In this document: piece by piece, positions 62,499-64,000 of the stretch
Layout of the letters: each line of letters begins with the position of its first letter
Position numbering within the stretch: the stretch's first letter is position 1
NCBI GenBank assembly: GCA_000934665.2
Contig: JYFJ02001492.1
Span: forward strand, 1 to 64,000
Reading direction: 5' to 3'
Length of the DNA stretch: 64,000 bases
Origin: Catajapyx aquilonaris
Lineage: Eukaryota
Made by a program: the position numbers and the translations under genes
The notes under the pieces: generated by a model
What the model was told of the DNA's origin: nothing
What the model saw: only the letters and a program-made list of their open reading frames with translations
The model's database searches: none

Positions 62499-63675
62499 AC
62501 TTGATGGTGCTGGTCGAGGCCATGACTCGAGTTTAGCAAAAATGTCGAATTCGTCCTTTTGTCAGATTAACGAGGTGCTGACTTCCCCCAATGGATGGCA
62601 GGTGCCAGAACCATACCACTGACTAAGCTAGAACTGTTTGTTATGTGTGACATACAACACATTATAAAAATCCTACCGTATTACCTCACTTAATGTGGCA
62701 TGCCGGTGTAGTCGAGGTCGACCAGTTTTTAGAAATGCACGATCTGGTGGCTATACCAGCATGCCAGTCTCAGCGAGGTATGCCAGTATAAAGCAAGGTT
62801 TTCATAAGCACAGCATTATCATGATCTCTGTGAAAATCATTACTACTCAAATGAATGCATTACACCATGTTCTACGGTGCAGACACAGCCCAGGACACTT
62901 CTATTGCCTGACACATCCCATAAGACAGTTCAGTAAGTTCAAATTTCACGGCAACATTTTCAATTAAAAGTGCAAGGCGGCAAGGGAAGCATACTTACCA
63001 GGATATTTCATACGTTGGGTTTGGATTTTATTATCTGAGTAACAAGGCTTCTCAGACAAATTGATACCACTACACGAAGTGATCCTCTGATTGCCAACGA
63101 GATCTGTGACCATCGCACTATTGAGCAAAACAGAGGACTGAAGGAATTTGCCTCAGTCCTTTATAATGTTTAGGGGGGTTCTCTGTCACAGCAGGCTGAC
63201 AGTGGGATTGGTCACACTCTATGATCTGTGCAACCGATAACTTGCATATTCTCACAGCCCTGAACTCGCACATTTTTCACCGTAACATTATTTTAGTACA
63301 GTATCAGATGCATTCTAAAAAATTTGACAAGGATCCAAATAATGGAAATCCACCTTGGTTATTGTGGCGTGCCGGCCACCCCCGGGTCAACCTCGTTTTA
63401 TACCGGCATGATGCTTTAAGTGAGGTAATACAGTATCAGAAATTTCCCATAAGTGGCCAATAGCTGCCTACTTTTCTCTGTCTCCCAAACACCAATGTAG
63501 CCCCATAATGCCACAGGCCTTTAGCTATTACTACTCATAAAGTCTAGGATAACTGAAGAATTTTAAAGGAATTTTGTAAGCCTATGATGAGCACACTTCT
63601 ATCAAGCTCATTTCATCATCTCTTGGTCATTCTAGGCGAAGTAAGTCTCTTGATATGCCACAGCTTAATACTTAC

Positions 63676-64000
63676 TCTGAGACAGTCATCAAGTTGGATA
63701 TACTTGATGGACCACAGCATGAATGCAACCGATGCAAGCACAGCAAATATTAGTGTGTTTGTGAAGTGCCTGTAGAGGGAAAGCTTGACCAAATTCCTCC
63801 TGAGCCTGAGGTTTCGTGTGGTCTGCACTATGCTGGTAAAAATCCACCAGCATATGAGGGAGTCCAGCAGGGAGAGAGGGATACCAGCCAGTTGGACTTG
63901 GTTTGAGGGTCCATTCACAGGGTGGATCACACGTAGCACAGCCTCCACTGAGGCCAGGATGAAATACAGAAAGCCCACACCCACCACACGGTGGAGGAGG
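63676..64000 (-). CDS. TMEM87: TMEM87A/B-like (GOST / lung 7TM family) exon, truncated by window end
   Basis: Encodes ...GIPLSLLDSLICWWIFTSIVQTTRNLRLRRNLVKLSLYRHFTNTLIFAVLASVAFMLWSIKYIQLDDCLR; LRLRRN.VKL.LYRHFTNTL is the TMEM87 signature. Donor GTAAG at 63675. Confidence 0.93.

Noticed and set aside
1..64000. CRISPR array, operon or intact transposase/RT
   Set aside because: No repeat-spacer periodicity, no ORF above ~185 codons, and the gene structure is spliceosomal.

Overview
Eukaryotic (arthropod, probably insect) genomic DNA with a few N gaps, mostly beside G/C homopolymers. Two intron-containing genes can be reconstructed with consistent GT-AG phases. On + is a beaten path (Beat)-family two-Ig cell-surface gene: five coding exons over 130-29114, the signal-peptide exon upstream of the window, and a GPI-like tail. 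On - is the 3' half of a TMEM87/GOST-family 7TM gene (six exons, 64000->59422). The rest is intron/intergenic DNA dense in non-autonomous mobile elements: tRNA-derived SINEs of several families (several with intact TSDs, one with a V-type domain), an RTE-clade LINE relic, and many MITE/fold-back elements with TA, TTAA, 4-bp and 8-bp TSDs. The least explained signals are (i) two or three diverged copies of an orphan, basic ORF between the genes (about 45.7, 52.4 and 54.5 kb); (ii) a covarying double-hairpin 3' tail shared by otherwise different retroposons; and (iii) a hairpin MITE family whose two arms change together. No prokaryotic system, CRISPR array or intact transposase was seen. All alignments were done by eye.
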